NCBI RefSeq assembly: GCF_006345805.1 | Contig: NC_043014.1 | Coordinates: 44,516,001 to 44,580,000, forward strand | Direction: 5' to 3' | Source: Octopus sinensis | Taxonomy: Eukaryota | DNA length: 64,000 bases | Shown: in pieces, positions 24,715 through 37,424 of the stretch | Position numbering within the stretch: position 1 is the first letter of the stretch | Layout: every line of letters begins with the position of its first letter | Made by a program: the position numbers and the translations under genes | Notes under the pieces: model-generated | What the model was told of the DNA's origin: nothing | Seen by the model: the letters and a program-made list of their open reading frames with translations, nothing else | Database searches by the model: none

Positions 24715-24945
24715 TATGACGATGATGATGATGATTATTGTTTGGAGAAAATGACGATGACGATGATGATTATGATGATGATGATGACGATGATGATGAT
24801 GATGATGATGATGATCGTTTGGAGAAAATGACGATGATGATGATTATGATGATGACGATGACGATGATGATGATGATTATGATGATGATGATGATGATGA
24901 TGATTGTTTGGAGTAAATGACGATGATGATGATGATGATGATGAA
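24715..24945. repeat. (GAT)n microsatellite with duplicated TTTGGAGAAAATGACGATG interruption
   Basis: The interruption recurs at ~24740, 24818 and (variant) 24907. Confidence 0.85.
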
Positions 24946-26124
24946 AATAAGCATAGTAGTGATTATAAGTGTTGATAATGATGGTAGTGATTTTCAAACA
25001 TGTATTGTTGCTTTGTCTTTGCTGCTGCTGCTGCTGCTGCTGTTGCTGTTGTTGTTGTTTTTTCCAAGTCATTAGGAGAATGTGATTTCTTTACTTTGTC
25101 GTCTTTAATGAATCGGTTGGACGATGCAAATGCAAAATTGCTCAAGAGCAACGCTGCTTTGTGTGAAAGGGCAGACGTTATACTGTGTGAAGCCCGGGGA
25201 ATAAAAATGTAAATTTCAAACCTAACACAAGTGTGGCCAGGCTAATAATATTAATTAAAAAATCAACCAAGGCACTGTTAATGAACAAAAATGCTCAAAG
25301 CATTCTGTTCTTTTATTCCATTTTGTTATTTTTGTATTTTTTTGTTCCTTTTTCAATTTTAAACTCCATTTTTGCAAGTCGGTATGGCTTTTGGAATTGT
25401 GGTTATTTGTATATGATTTGCCAGAGCATGTACTGTTTTCCATATCTGGATGCCTCTTTCATGATGTTAACAATTGAACTGTGAAGTGGGAGTGTTAGTA
25501 GTACATGTTGTCAGTTATTACAACGTGTAGTGGGAAGGACGATGTGCCGTCTCTACTGAACACCGACGGTTTGCTTAAGCCATGACACAACCTGTATAGA
25601 CAGATAGTGATAAAGACAGGAAAACCGTGGTAAAAACACAGACTGAATAAGAATTTATAGACATTCTCTTGTTCTGTTATTGGCTTTGCCTTCAAGGGTT
25701 TTAGTAACTATTTTAGTTTGGAACTCATTTTATTGATTTATGGTTATTTAGTAGCAAAGTTACACTTTTTCACACAGTCCCAGTAAACAAGACTCGGATA
25801 TGGTCAGACACACACACTTACAAACCCATACATGCATACATCATATATATACATATATATCATCATCATCATCATCATTTGATGTCTATGTTCCATACTG
25901 ATATGAATTGGACAGTTTGACAAGGATCTGATGGGCTCAAGGATTGCATCATGTTCCTGTATCTACTTTGGTATAGTTTCTATGCCCAGATGCCCTTCAT
26001 AATGCTAACCACTTTAAAGTGTATACTGGGTACTTTTTTTGATACCACCAGCACCATTGAGGTTCCCATGCACCTTGCAAGTTTACAAAGCCTGAGGAGG
26101 TAGGAGGCTTCTTTATACATCATG

Positions 26125-26156
<32 letters not shown>

Positions 26157-26299
26157 CGAGCAAAACACCCCCCCACCGTCCAATGTATGGTGCTGGGTTG
26201 TCAAACATTTAAACCAAATTTTCTCAAAACAACTTGTCCAACCGTCCCATAGGCCTCCCCTTTGAGAAACACTGATTTAACCTAAATTTGAGACACCAA

Positions 26300-26522
26300 C
26301 AAAGAAAGAAATAAAGATAGACTTTTTTTCTATTCTAAAGAAAAACGATTTCCCACGGCTTTATCGTTCGCATTCTCACCTGGAATCGATTTTTGTTATT
26401 TTTTCAAGACTTATACACGCCCTGATACCGTCAGTATCTACATATCAAATTTGAGCACAATCGGATGGAGGATGCCTGAGATCCTAGAAGCCACACACAC
26501 ACAGAACGGATTTTATATAAGA
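26300..26522 (-). mobile_element. Non-autonomous Helitron-like 5' remnant
   Basis: The minus strand begins A|TCTTATATAAAATCCG followed by (TG)n, the same 5' architecture as 35333-35764; no 3' CTAG end was found. Confidence 0.4.
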
Positions 26523-26860
26523 TATATATATCAGATGGACTTCTGCAGTTTTTATTTATCAAATTCTACTCACAATGCACTGGCATCAACATTAAATATT
26601 ATCTGGAATTGTATAAAAAATGTTGCTAAAATGTTTTGTGTATTGTAGAAGTATAATGAATTTATTGCACGTAAACTTTAACAACAAAATCTTATAGGGA
26701 CCATCGCTGTAAATGATCCCAAAATATATAAACTAAATTAAGATAACCATGAGAGATACTCAAAATTTGGCAATTGATTGGTAGAGATGTAGGGGAATTG
26801 GATGAACTTCATACTAAGGAGGAATGGAAAGGAACTCAGTCCTTGCTTAAAGGTTTCATT

Positions 26861-26899
<39 letters not shown>

Positions 26900-27520
26900 C
26901 TATAGAAAAAGTTGTACAACCAGAAAAAGATGAACACTTATCAACTTTACAGTCTATGATTATCTTCTATTTATTTATTTATTAGACTGTGGCCATGCTG
27001 GGGCACTACCTCGAGGAATTTTAGTCAAACTAATCGACCCCAGTACTTATTTTCTTTCTAAGCCAGGTACTTATTTTATTGGTATCTTTTGCCAAACTGC
27101 TAAGTTACAGGGACATAAACACACAAACACCAGTTCTCAAGCAGTGGTGGAAGGCAAATACAGACACAAAGACACACACACATTAGTACAGTTATTTATC
27201 CATGTGCTAGAGTCCCTAAAAAGGGTCAGTTACTTCATCTCTCAGTGATCAGCAGCATCCATTAATGGGTGAAGACAGGGAACAGTTAATTATATTGCTT
27301 CTAGTCCTAAAACTTATTTTATCAAAGAATAAAGAGGTGAAGTTGACCTCAGCAAGTTTTCAACACAGAATATGAAGAACAGTTGCTAAACATCCGCAAT
27401 GCGTTTTTGTCCAGCACTCCAGAGATTCTGTTCTGCCAATCCACTTGCCTTTGCTCGCTCTAGATAAATTCATACCAAACCTATGTATTCATTTACAGCT
27501 AGGTAAACTGAGCCGTTTAA

Positions 27521-27913
27521 CCCTTTAGTGTTCACATTATTCTGCCAAAATTAATCCTGCATTATCTTGTAGCTATGAGATTATGATGAGGTAGCTGTTA
27601 ATTTTTAAAATGATATTGTAGGGTTAATGTGAGAGATCTGGCCAGTGAGATCTGGCCAGTTTGAACATAAAACAGGCAGAATACTTCTGGCCGGATATAC
27701 TCTTTACTCTTTTACTTGTTTCAGTCATTTGACTGCGGCCATGCTGGAGCACCACCTTTAGTCGAGCAAATCGACCCCGGGACTTATTCTTTGTAAGCCC
27801 AGTACTTATTCTATCGGTCTCTTTTGCCGAACCGCTAAGTGACAGGGACGTAAACACACCAGTATCGGTTGTCAAGCAATGCTAGGGGGACAAACACAGA
27901 CACACAAACACAT

Positions 27914-27944
<31 letters not shown>

Positions 27945-28126
27945 ACATATATACGACGGGCTTCTTTCAGTTTCCGTCTACCAAATCCACTCACAAGGCA
28001 TTGGTCGGCCCGGAGCTATAGTAGAAGACACTTGCCCAAGATGCCACGCAGTGAGACTGAACCCGAAACCATGTGGTTGGTTAGCAAGCTACTTACCACA
28101 CAGCCACCGGTTTAAATGCTAAAGGG
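27521..28126. mobile_element. Second TTAA-flanked MITE interrupted by a SINE family 1 copy (27698-28106, minus)
   Basis: TTAA-CCCTTTAG...CTAAAGGG-TTAA termini surround the SINE. Confidence 0.7.
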
Positions 28127-28725
28127 TTAAGAGATAACATGTTTTGATCATGGAAACAGCAGTTTCAAACACTGGGTAGAAACTGCGGATTCTTCTGACC
28201 AGCCTGATGACCGCAGACAAAACTGTTAGCATCGGGGCCAAAACATCTCTGCTACAAACTACAAGGGCTGTAAAAACATGTTACCCTCTCTTCATAGCTA
28301 AAAGTCAATACTGGTTATAAGACAGACAAGTTAAATATCCGAATATATATGTAAATAAATAGTTTAAGATAATCCATCCGACCCTCACCTCTAAACACTG
28401 TACCTTCAAAAAGCTAAAAAGAACAAAAAAACAACCCCAAAATTGAGGATTATGGAATCACATCATCACTGTACTCTAGGTTTTCATTAATTTATTTTCA
28501 AAGCAGCTATTCAATTAACTTAACATCCATTATATTCTCTACTTCTTCTTCTTCTTTGCAAAAATTATGTGACATTGATCTGAAAATCAATCAATCACAT
28601 CTGTTGATTCCATCCTATGAACAATACGCAATTGCTCAGTTAAAAAGATCGACCAATATTGATGGCATTAACAGAACAGAATCTCTACTACAGTTTCCTG
28701 CAGGAGCAATAGCAGTTGTACAGAA

Positions 28726-29328
28726 GTGGTGGTGGTGGTGGTGGTGGTGGTGGTGGCGGTGGTGTTGGTGGTGGTGGTATTGGTGGTGGTGGTGGTGTTG
28801 GTGGTGGTGGTGTTGTTGTTGGTGGTGTTGTTGTTGTTGTTGTTGTTGGTGGTGGTGGTGTTGTTGTTGTTGTTGTTGTTGTTGTTGGTGGTGGTGGTGT
28901 TGTTGTTGGTGGTGGTGGTGTTGGTGTTGGTGGTGGTGTTGTTGTTGTTGGCGGTGGTGTTGGTGGTGGTGGTATTGGTGGTGGTGGTGTTGGTGTTGTG
29001 TTGTTGTGGTGGTGGTGGGTTGGTGTGGTGGTGTGTGTTGTTGTTGTTGTTGTTGTTGTTGGTGGTGGTGTTGGTGGTGTTGGTGGTGTTGGTGTTGGTG
29101 GTGGTGGTGTTGGTGGTGGTGGTATTGGTGGTGGTGGTGTTGGTGGTGGTGGTGTTGTTGTTGGTTGTGTTGGTGGTGTTGGTGGTGGTGTTGTTGTTGG
29201 TGGTGGTGGTGGTGGTGGTGGTTGTTGTTGTGGTGGTGGTGGTGGTGGTGGTGTTGGTGGTGTTGGTGATGGTGGTGTTGTTGTTGGTGTTGTTGTTGGT
29301 GGTGGTGTTGGTGGTGGTGGTGGTAGTT
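28726..29328. repeat. ~600-bp mixed (GGT)/(GTT) trinucleotide tract
   Basis: Almost entirely G and T on +; source of the poly-H/Q/T/V/G/W ORFs. Confidence 0.95.
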
Positions 29329-29548
29329 GAAGTAATTAAAAAAAAAAAAATTGAAATAAAATAATCGTGTTTTTGCAGGACGGTGGGGGTGGAGTGGGGG
29401 TGAGATGGCAAAAAGCTTAACTTTTTTTGTTTGTTTACAAATTAGATGAAGATATTCTTCTTGTAGATCTATTCCAATTCCTTTATTACACACAGGCAAA
29501 CACAGACATGACTGTATGCCAATATTCATGCATGTATGTATGTATGTA

Positions 29549-29597
<49 letters not shown>

Positions 29598-30067
29598 TTG
29601 TAGGTATGAATGTATGTATGTAAGTATGACTGCATGTATGTATGTATAATAGGATGATGCATGTTTATGTGAGTATATGTGAGAAAGAGATGAAGTGTAT
29701 TTTTGTACATACAGATACATTTATGCTTATAAACATGTGTGTGTGTGTGTCTGTGTGTGCATGCATATCATGTACTGAACAGACTATCAGATCTTGTTAT
29801 ATACTGCTGGTCACAATGTACTTCCTCACATTGTTTTAGCTTTTGAATGATGTCACCCCACTGGTTAGGCAAGCAGGCCAACATTCCTCTTGATCGTAAC
29901 ACCAGTCCATCACAGAGTGACCCATTTACGGCTGAGTGGACTGAGGCCACGTGGAATGAAGTGTTTTACTGAAATCACGATCTCTCAATTGCAAGCACAA
30001 CACTCTAACCATTAGGCCATGCACCTTCACACACACACATCCATATATATATATATATATATATATC

Positions 30068-30367
30068 ACAGTGACCGACCAGGCTATCAGATGTTGCTAC
30101 ACATCGCTGGTCACAATGCACTTCACATTGTTATAGCCTTCAAATGACGCCAGCCCGCTGGCTAAGCAAGCAGGCCAACAGAAGAAAGAGTGAGAGAAAG
30201 TTGTGGCGAAAGAGTACAGCAGGGATCGCCACCACCCCCTGCCAGAGCCTCGTGGAGCCTTTAGGTGTTTTCACTCAATAAACACTCACAACACCCGGTC
30301 TGAGAATTGAAACTGCGTTCCTACGACCGCGAGTCTGCTGCCCAAACCATTGGGCCGTTGCGCCTCC
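30068..30367 (-). mobile_element. tRNA-derived SINE family 2 (head GGAGGCGCAATGGCCCAGTGG)
   Basis: The head matches 33168 (+), 37771-38159 (-) and 43804-44106 (-). Confidence 0.8.
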
Positions 30368-30387
30368 ACACACACACACACACACAC

Positions 30388-30420
<33 letters not shown>

Positions 30421-30629
30421 CCGGAGTAAACACATAAATGTGAAACAAGGTGGAAAAAAGAGTACTCAAATACCAGTGGTAGAGTAATATGCTTTATTTT
30501 AAGCAGCAGAAAATTCAACAAAATCTGTTACTCTGAGTTTCTCATTGCCGTTCATCAGACAGTCTGATGAACGGCAACGAGAAACTCAGAGTAACAGATT
30601 TTGTTGAATTTTCTGCTGCTTAAAATAAA

Positions 30630-30630
<1 letters not shown>
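30421..30630. mobile_element. (TA)n-embedded fold-back element (family A), near-perfect 139-bp palindrome
   Basis: 30492-30560 and 30562-30630 are reverse complements with one mismatch seen; the leader is homologous to 16437. Confidence 0.8.
30562..30597 (+). ncRNA. Type I hammerhead ribozyme-like motif, canonical core, stem I truncated
   Basis: GU-CUGAUGA-A CG(GCAA)CG A-GAAAC-UCAGA-GUA-AC; antisense twin at 30528-30558. Confidence 0.6.
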
Positions 30631-30669
<39 letters not shown>

Positions 30670-32062
30670 GTAAGAATTGTACTTTATTTTATTGGCCCCA
30701 AATATTATGGATGAAAGGCAAAGTTGATCCTGGCAAGATTTGAACTCAGAACGTAAAGAGCTGAAGAAAAACCACTAAGTATTTTCTGAGACATGCTAAT
30801 GGTTCTGCCAGTATGTCACCTTCAATAATGATGATGATAATAATAATAATAATAATAATGATAATAATAATAATAATGGTAATAATAATAATAATAATGG
30901 TAATAATGGTAACAATGGTTTCTGATTTAGGCAGAAGGCCAACAATTTTGAGAGAAGGAAGGGGATTAGTCAATACCATGAAGCCTAGTACTTGACTGGT
31001 CCTCACTTTATCGACTCTGAAAGGGTGAAAGGCAAGGTCAAACTCAGTGGGATTTGAGCTCAGAGCATAAGGATCGAGAAGAAATTCCACCAAGCACTTT
31101 ATCCAGCTCTTTTATGATGAGGACGATGATGATGATGATGATGATGATGATGATAGTGATGATTTCTATAACACATATATGTCAATTCAAGATTACCTTT
31201 TGAAAACCTCCCCCCACCCACCCACCCACTATATCCCCCCTTTTTGACACACCTGGAACATGCCGGGTGACATTGAACCATTGATAATGAACATAGCTTC
31301 GACCAGCAGGCTGGCCAGAGCCAGAGTGAGAGAGCAATGTGCTGCTTGAAGTCCTGACAGTGCTTTCTTTTGCTCCACCCGCTTCCCCTGTAGTTCCGAT
31401 ATCACCATTTTGGAGAGCAGAGCTAATTATGGAAAGGTGGAATGGCCCAGATAAAGTGACCACATTAAATGGCTTTGAGAATTATCAACACAGACATCAA
31501 CAACATCCCTGGCGCTCAAATGTAAAGGCTTCTATAGAATAATGCAACTAAATATTAATTCTGAAAAATGCCCACTCTTCTACCATCTCCAAAATTTGAG
31601 CAGAACATTAAAAGAAGTCTACAGTCTAGGGACGACATGCTCAAAAAAAACAAAAAAAAAAAAAGACAGAATGGATGGACAGTGGTCAGTTAGGGCAGAT
31701 CTGACGATTAGGTGAATGAAAGGTCTCTTTTTTTTTTTCTTTTTCTTTCTCCTATGCAACAACTACCACAATAACAAACACAAATATATTGATATTCTGT
31801 ACATCACTGGTTAGTTATGGGATAGTGAAGAGAGGGCTTTATGAAAGACAGGTTGCAAATGATGGTGATGGTGGTGGTGGTGGTGGTAAGGAGGAGGAGG
31901 AGGAGGAGAGGGTGTGAAATAAAGTTCACTTGAACAATGATGATAATGGTGGTGGCGGTGGTGGTGATGGTGATGGTGGTGGTAGTTTGAAGGTAAAGAT
32001 GCTGACAAAAATAGTTTGGATAGCAATATCGCTTGTGGTATTGGAAGATTGCGGTTACATTA

Positions 32063-32093
<31 letters not shown>

Positions 32094-32398
32094 CAATAAT
32101 GATGATGATGAAAACATAGTAGTGGCTATGGCGTCACTATTGATGGTTATGATAGTGATTACAATGATGTTTGCAATGGAAACGATGATGACGATGATGA
32201 TGATGATGATGATAAAAATAAAGGGAAAACAGCAAATAAACAAGCAAACAAAAACGAACAAACAAACAAATCACAATGGAGAACTAAATAATTTTTTCAA
32301 AAAAAAAAAAAAAAAAGATAAAATTAAATAAAATAAAACAGCAAAATATCAGCAACAATTAAAATGAAAATTAAACAGAAAGAAGGGAAATAAAATGA

Positions 32399-32430
<32 letters not shown>

Positions 32431-32613
32431 GAAAGCCTGGAATTAGAACTTGTTCTCATTAAAACTCCTGGATTCTACGTCATAGTATGTTTGAAAAGAG
32501 GAAAGAAAAGAGGAACAAATACAACAACAACAAAAAACAACAACAACTCTCAATTAAATAGCTAGAGCAGGGGACAGGGACATGATAGGGGGGGGATTAT
32601 GGTAAACATACAT

Positions 32614-32650
<37 letters not shown>

Positions 32651-33167
32651 GCAGCAGCAGCAGCAGCAGCATCAATAGGATTAAAATTAGATTGGAAAAA
32701 AAAAAAAATTCTATAGAATTGTAGAATTTTCTAGAATTCTGTATAGAGCCAGGAAATTAAATTAAACCACAGAAAAGGGAAGACGGGGAATATAAATTGT
32801 GCAACAGAAAGAAAATTGGTTGTCTGTTATCTTTGTCGATGATATGAATGGGAGAACGTGTATGCTAATGACGTGGGAACTGGGGAACTAGTGTGCATAC
32901 GTAAACACACACACACACACCTACATGCACATATAACTGTGAATGTGTAAGTATGTATGCATCCATGTATGGAGGAGCTTGTGTGTACACATACATAAAT
33001 GTTTATGTAATATGCAGATATATATATGTGTATATATGTATGTATGTATGTGTATAGCTTTTAGTCGTAGGATTGTAGCTATGATGGGGCTCAGATTTGA
33101 AGGGTTTAGTCAAACAAATTGACTCCAATACTTAATTTTATTTGTTTTCAAACTAAGTCTGGCACTG

Positions 33168-33460
33168 TGGAGGTGCAATGGCCCAGTGGTTAGGGCAGCG
33201 GACTTGCGGTCGGAGGATCGCGGTTTCAATTCCCAGACCGGGCATTGTGTGTGTTTATTGAGCGAAAACACCTAAAAAGCTCCACAAGGCTCCAGCAGGG
33301 GGTGGTGGTGACCCCTGTTGTACTTTTTCACCACAACTTTCTCTCACTCTCTCTTCCTGTTTCTTGAGTAATGCTGTGATGGACTGGCGTCCCGTCAGCT
33401 TGGGGGAACACATACGCCACAGAAACTGGGACACCAGGCTTATGAGCCTGGCTAGGCTTG
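33168..33460 (+). mobile_element. tRNA-derived SINE family 2
   Basis: Head GGAGGTGCAATGGCCCAGTGGTTAGGGCAGCGGAC with B-box-like GGTTTCAATTCC. Confidence 0.75.
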
Positions 33461-35332
33461 AAAAGGGCAACGTTTTTTTCCTATCAGTCTCTTTTGCCAA
33501 ATCACCAAGTTGCAAGGATTGTAAACAAACCAATACCTGTTGTCACGAGATGAAGGGGACAAACACAAACATAAAGGCACACATATCTTACTTTGCAATG
33601 ATTGGTATAACACATACATATGAGTAGTGTAGTTTGCATGAAGCATTGTCTGATACATTGATTTTTAATTATTTTTTTTCTAAAACAAAACAATGCTAGT
33701 TGTAAGATATGATACAGGCCAATGGTTTGTACTTTTACCTTGTATTTCAGTACTTTGGGGGTTAGGACCCCTTCTTTAGGAAATCTTCAGAATTAAGTTA
33801 TTGTTAGCTGACTTCTCTGTTCTGTGGTAAAGTCAGCTAACAACAGCTTTTCTTTGAAAATTTTGACCCAAAATCTTCCAAAGAACCAAACAAATAAGAT
33901 TTATTCCTGTAGGGGTCAGTGGAGTTAAAATTTAAAACCTAACTAAACAAGGTCAAGGACAAATAACACAAACCCTTCATGCTCTGGTTTAGGAAGAGCT
34001 GAAGGCCTCCTGGCAGGGGATTTGCTATCTGTGGCCAAAGAAAAGAAACATTCTCAGTGATAAAATCTTGTCAGGATGGCCAAATTCATCCAGTAATGAG
34101 TTGGTGTGAACCATCACATAGAAATTCGATGTAGAAATGTTCATTATCAGATGTGGACATTAGGTACAAGTTCTACATGATGAGGAGATAGCAGTTTGCA
34201 TCCTGCAAGACCTGAGAGAATATGTGACCCCCACCAACGTCATGTGGTCTCCTAAATCTCTTGATTTGAATTCCATGACTACTGCACCTTGGATGTCATC
34301 AGAAGTACTATTGGCTGGTAGACTCAGGGAGCCAATGATTTGTAGGGGGTTGTTACCATGGGCAGCATGGATGAAGACCACACATCCTTGATATGCCATC
34401 ACATTTATAATTGCAGCAGGCCCAGATTTGGCATTGAGGGTCAGTTTTATTGAATGGTCTGTGCTTCTGATGTGTGAAGATGAATGTGAGTGCTGGTTTT
34501 CTGGGAGTGTATTGGGTTTTCTATCTTTATTTTTCCTTGTGTTATTCTTATTTATTCACATTGTTTTGAATTAATCATGCATTATCTTGTAGTTTCCAGA
34601 TTTCAATGGCTTGACGGTTTATTTTTCAACTACAACTCGCCCCTGTACTAACTGCCACCCAGCTCTTCTCCACCACTCTTGGCCTGAACAGCAAGCTTAG
34701 GTCCCAGCACCTATTGACCCATCAAAATGAAGAGGCTCAATCACTGGCTACACATCTACTATTCGAATATGAGTAGAGTCAGTGTAAGAAGCCAAATCGG
34801 ACTGGTTTCGACGTAAAACAGATAAAATATTTTGGTTGGTTGTGGCCTGTTTAAATACTGAAGGGTTAAAGGACTTTAAGGTCATCCAAATATAACAAGT
34901 TTTCTAAATCAATGATACAGTCTTCATTCCAGAATCTGTTGAAAATTTGCCAAAGTTATAATTCAGGCTTTCATTAAAAGACTTCACACTGAAGCAAAGG
35001 CTATGATTAAATTATAAAGTAGTCGGTGAAAACAAGTAAACAAATTGAAGACCCTGGGTTGGTTAGATGGTTTGCTAGATATAGCGAGTAGATGTGATTA
35101 CCTAAGGTACATATTTAATTGTTGGAGGTGGAGTGAATAACAGCTTGGTGGTAAAGGTCCATTATGGGTAAAAGAATTTTATATAACTGTTACCATCATA
35201 GACAATGAATTACACACACACACACACACAATTCTTGTATATGTCTTGTAAATGATTCTGAGGTTTGGTAAATTTAAAACAAATAATTAAGAACTTATCA
35301 AATATAAAAGCACCTTTATGACTTTTGGCCCA

Positions 35333-35764
35333 TCTCTCTATATATAAACGGCAGTTTGTCTGTCTGTGTGTCTGTCAGGTTGTACCCTCACCCTGACCAC
35401 GGCTTTCAACCGATTCTGATGAAACTTGACACACACATAGCCCAATGTCATAATTCAAAACTAACGCAGCGAAAATTTTGAAAAGTTCCCCCAGTTCTGG
35501 AAAAAATCGATAAATTCGACATGGGGTCGAGAATCTAAGCTTTTTATATGCAACACATTTTCTGTCTAGGGGACACAACTCGACCTTTTTATCGCCCAAA
35601 GGGACAGCTAGGAACATCGTATGCACAGAAGTATTCGAGTGAAGAGAAGACATTGCAACCTACACATGCGCCTTCGTTCCCTAGAGGGAAAGGACTAGAT
35701 TGGGATTAGTCGTTGCCTATTAGGGGCTCTTACATACCCGGGCAACGCCAGGCTATGCTGCTAG
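35333..35764 (+). mobile_element. Non-autonomous Helitron
   Basis: 5' A|TC, 3' CTAG|T, no TSD, subterminal GC hairpin CCGGGC-AAC-GCCAGG at 35738-35752, and a (TGTC)/(TG) tract near the 5' end. Confidence 0.75.
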
Positions 35765-36854
35765 TATTATATAAAGGAATGATATTAGTTTAGGATTTAA
35801 GCCTTTTTCTGACTCTTGGCACCATATGCTGCATTTGCACACACAAATACACACATAAATGGCTCTGAGGTAAGAATTCTTCAACTTAAAATTTGAATTA
35901 TAAATTTCAGTTTTTAGACTAAACTTGAATTTTGGTTCAGTAAAGAGGAACAAGTGAAGACGGGTGGCCTTGTGGTTTCAATCCCTGGACCAGGCAGCAC
36001 ATTGTGTTCTTGAGCAAAACATTTCATTTCACATTTCTCTAGCTGTATGTAAGTTCCAGCAACAGCTAGGAAGTCAACCCAGTGATGGACCAGCATCTTG
36101 TTCAAGTGGGGGGTGTTGTAGTCTAACTCATTTATACATCATAGAAACCAGGTTAAGCTCCAGCCTTAGGGGTCCTAGGGCCTAAGACAGACCAAAAGAA
36201 GAACAAACAGTATCTATGACCATCACAGACCCTCGCAAGCACATTATATAGAAGGGGCTGTATCCATAAGCTTTGCAATCCCTTCCTGACAGATGAAATA
36301 GAAGGGGCTATTCCTGTGACCCATACAGGCCTTTCCAGACTGGCAAGATTAATGTGGCTGATGTTCAGTTTTATCATCTATAAATTGAAGTCTGCAGGAA
36401 AAAATTTAGATGTGAAGGGAGTTCCAGAGAATTGATAATCCAACAATGAAGGATTGGGGGTGAGGGTAGTAGTTAGTATGGAAGAAGGATGTGTCAGGTG
36501 GAAGTGGTATGCAAATAGTTTTGTGGAGCAGAAGAAACACCTGTATTAGCGATAGAAGACAGCTGGGGCCAAAAAGGGTTTTAGTGTGTAAGTGAGTGGG
36601 TCCTTGCCAACTATTCTGATGGGTTTGTTTCAGATGTGGTCTAGAATGTTTGTATATTTAGCCAGCTTCACACATTCTCCTGGGTTGCCTCATTGTCTTA
36701 TGAATAACTGACCATCATATTGCAATTATAGCTATTTCTCCATCTCTCTCATCTTAGCGTTTTTCTATTTAGGGTAAAACCTCAATTTTACTCATTCTAA
36801 ATTTCAAGATCATGTGTGTGTGGGCGTGTATGTGTGTGTGTTTAAACAAAAGAC

Positions 36855-36896
36855 AGAGATAGGTGAGGGAACAACAAACAAGGTGTATTAGTTTGA

Positions 36897-36937
<41 letters not shown>

Positions 36938-36979
36938 TCAAACTAATACAGCTTGTTCATTGTTCCTTCATCTATCTCT
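36855..36979. repeat. ~42-bp inverted repeat arms flanking a central (TA)n
   Basis: AGAGATAGGTGAGGGAACAA...TATTAGTTTGA versus TCAAACTAATA...TTGTTCCTTCATCTATCTCT. Confidence 0.75.
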
Positions 36980-37005
36980 ATTTTTGGTTTTTGTACAATT
37001 TTGAA

Positions 37006-37044
<39 letters not shown>

Positions 37045-37070
37045 TATAATATATTTATATATATAAAACA

Positions 37071-37245
37071 ATAATTAAGGGTTTAGCAACAAGTTGATTC
37101 ACCACATACCGAAAATTTAGAAATAGCAGTCGAGGACTGTTATTTCTTTTCACTACAAATATGACTAAGAAATAACGGCCCTTTGGCTGCTATTTCTAAA
37201 TTTTCAGTTTGTGGTGAAGCAACTTGTTGCTAAACCCTTAATTAT
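37071..37245. mobile_element. (TA)n-flanked fold-back element (family C), ~78-bp arms
   Basis: ATAATTAAGGGTTTAGCAACAAGTTG...GTTATTTCTT, loop 37149-37166, AAGAAATAAC...CAACTTGTTGCTAAACCCTTAATTAT. Confidence 0.75.
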
Positions 37246-37374
37246 AGTTATAATCATATATAAAAAAAAATTTTGTATAAGTTTTTACTGAATATGGTTC
37301 ATTTCCATACCAAAACTACTTGGTAAAATTTATTAATTATTAAATTAATAATTCTTTACCCTATATCTGTAATG

Positions 37375-37424
<50 letters not shown>

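Noticed and set aside
25000-25212. 70-aa ORF (…MNRLDDANAKLLKSNAALCERAD…)
   Set aside because: It starts in a (GCT)/(GTT) repeat, has no partner exons and no recognisable homology; kept only as a possible regulatory island.
28204-28230. CTGATGA CCGCAGAC AAAACTG hammerhead-like string
   Set aside because: No GAAA, no convincing stem II or cleavage triplet.
28556-29529. Overlapping 200-300-aa poly-His/Gln/Thr/Gly/Val/Trp ORFs
   Set aside because: All arise from the (GGT)/(GTT) tract, which is open in most frames.
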